From Patellaria atrata CBS 101060 (lineage: Eukaryota), in the NCBI GenBank assembly GCA_010093705.1, contig MU006107.1, positions 294,031-358,030 on the forward strand: DNA of 64,000 bases, written 5' to 3'. Made by a program: the position numbers and the translations under genes. Positions within the stretch are counted from its first letter, which is position 1. Every line of letters begins with the position of its first letter. Positions 62,927-64,000 of this stretch are shown one piece after another. The notes under the pieces are model-generated. The model had not been told where the DNA came from. It did no database searches and was given only the letters and a program-made list of their open reading frames with translations.

Positions 62927-64000
62927 TTACGAAGCATAAGCCTGACCAACCGTGTTCAAATTCGCCCCACTAACCAACTTGCCCTCGGCTGCCATGAAGT
63001 ATGCATACCTCTCCACAAAGTCCTGCGCGTCCATCCATTCCATGACTTCCCTCAAGAACTCGGCGATCTGTTCCGGGCTGCCGTCGGTGGTGCCGAACTC
63101 GGTGACCCAGACAGGCTTGCCGCTCATCGTGTGCGCCTTGGTTACGTGGTCCTTGAAATACTGAACGTTGTTGACGCTGTTGTACCAGTGCACGTTGACG
63201 AAGTCGACCGTGCAGCCCGAGCACGCCGAGAGGAAGCGGTCGAGGTAGTCGAGACCCATGGGTGCGGGGCCGTCGGTGACCGAAGGCGACCCGATACGTG
63301 CCTTACCGGCGAAGGGTTGCATGTGCTTCTTGTACGCGACAACCGCATCCGGGACGCTGAGACCGGACTGATCGACGTGATCAGGTTCGTTGAAGGAGAA
63401 GAGGCAGGTCGAACCGGCGTCGATGGCAGCTTGTGCGTTCTTGGCCCAGATGGTAGGGAAGTCGTACTTCAAGCCCCACATGGTTGGGACGTACTCGAAG
63501 CTAGAAGGTAGGCCGTCGGGTGTGGTGCCCCAGTTGTAGGCCCAGGAGATCTTGCCGGAGTTCTCAAAGCACTCGGTAAGAGAGGCGTCGTTATAAGACA
63601 AACCACGCTTGCTGCCGCTGTGGGGAGTAGTGGGGGCGTATGTGGGTGCGGCTGATGGGACAGGAGCTTCTGAGCTGGAGACTGGGACGCTCGGGACAAC
63701 GGATGTAGAGGGTTCAGGAGCAGGTGTATACACGGGCTCGTCTACTACTGAAGTAGTGGAGGGTTCAGGCGCAGGTGTATATACAGGTTCCACCGCGACT
63801 GGAGATGTGGTAGGTTCGGTTGAAGGGTACTCAGCAGGTGGTGAATTGTCGACCTCATGGCCCACGAGCTGGCTGGTAGCAACAGGGACAGTAGCAACCG
63901 GAACTGAGGAGGGAATCTCATATGGGACCGGGCTAGAGGTTACCGGAGCAGCTTCGGAGTTGACAGGAACTACCTCAGAGCTGACTGGGATGGCTTCAGA
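62927..64000 (-). CDS. GH128-type (Asl1-like) beta-1,3-glucanase with a Pro/Ser/Thr-rich linker; 5' end outside the window
   Basis: KRGLSY, SWAYNW, EYVPTMWG, FSFNEPD (acid/base Glu), VHWY, KPVWVTEFG (nucleophile Glu), VERYAYF; the frame stays open to the window edge. Confidence 0.88.
   Translation of the reverse strand, partial: SEAIPVSSEVVPVNSEAAPVTSSPVPYEIPSSVPVATVPVATSQLVGHEVDNSPPAEYPSTEPTTSPVAVEPVYTPAPEPSTTSVVDEPVYTPAPEPSTSVVPSVPVSSSEAPVPSAAPTYAPTTPHSGSKRGLSYNDASLTECFENSGKISWAYNWGTTPDGLPSSFEYVPTMWGLKYDFPTIWAKNAQAAIDAGSTCLFSFNEPDHVDQSGLSVPDAVVAYKKHMQPFAGKARIGSPSVTDGPAPMGLDYLDRFLSACSGCTVDFVNVHWYNSVNNVQYFKDHVTKAHTMSGKPVWVTEFGTTDGSPEQIAEFLREVMEWMDAQDFVERYAYFMAAEGKLVSGANLNTVGQAYAS

Overview
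Eukaryotic, intron-containing DNA from a filamentous ascomycete (Pezizomycotina-like): short GT-AG introns with CTRAC branch points, and no prokaryotic features. About 20 protein-coding genes are supportable: LCP5/neuroguidin, allantoicase, an ankyrin+DIL protein, a group X hybrid histidine kinase, a GPI-anchored Cys-rich protein, a GNAT, a 2H phosphoesterase, vacuolar proteinase A (PEP4), an ABCB/MDR transporter, an uncharacterised 2-TM protein, a TFIIIC delta-like subunit, an NYN/PIN-like nuclease, a Pmp3-like proteolipid, carnitine carrier CRC1, a degenerate methyltransferase, mitochondrial uL11, a Zn2Cys6 transcription factor, an Emp47/ERGIC-53 lectin, PHB2 and a partial GH128. The most notable unannotated signal is a spliced, multiply disabled pseudogene at ~29.0-30.1 kb. 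Its reconstructed protein shares a motif series with the C-terminal domain of the neighbouring intact 2-TM gene, which suggests a tandem pair from an uncharacterised fungal membrane-protein family. Other observations: a frame-required GC-AG intron before the kinase receiver aspartate, two more candidate decayed genes, a twin E-box palindrome upstream of PEP4, a stop-free 60-nt intron, GC-rich patches at gene 3' ends and TGTAC arrays between convergent genes. No tRNA, rRNA, CRISPR or intact transposase was recognised. All family assignments come from motif recognition by eye, not database searches.
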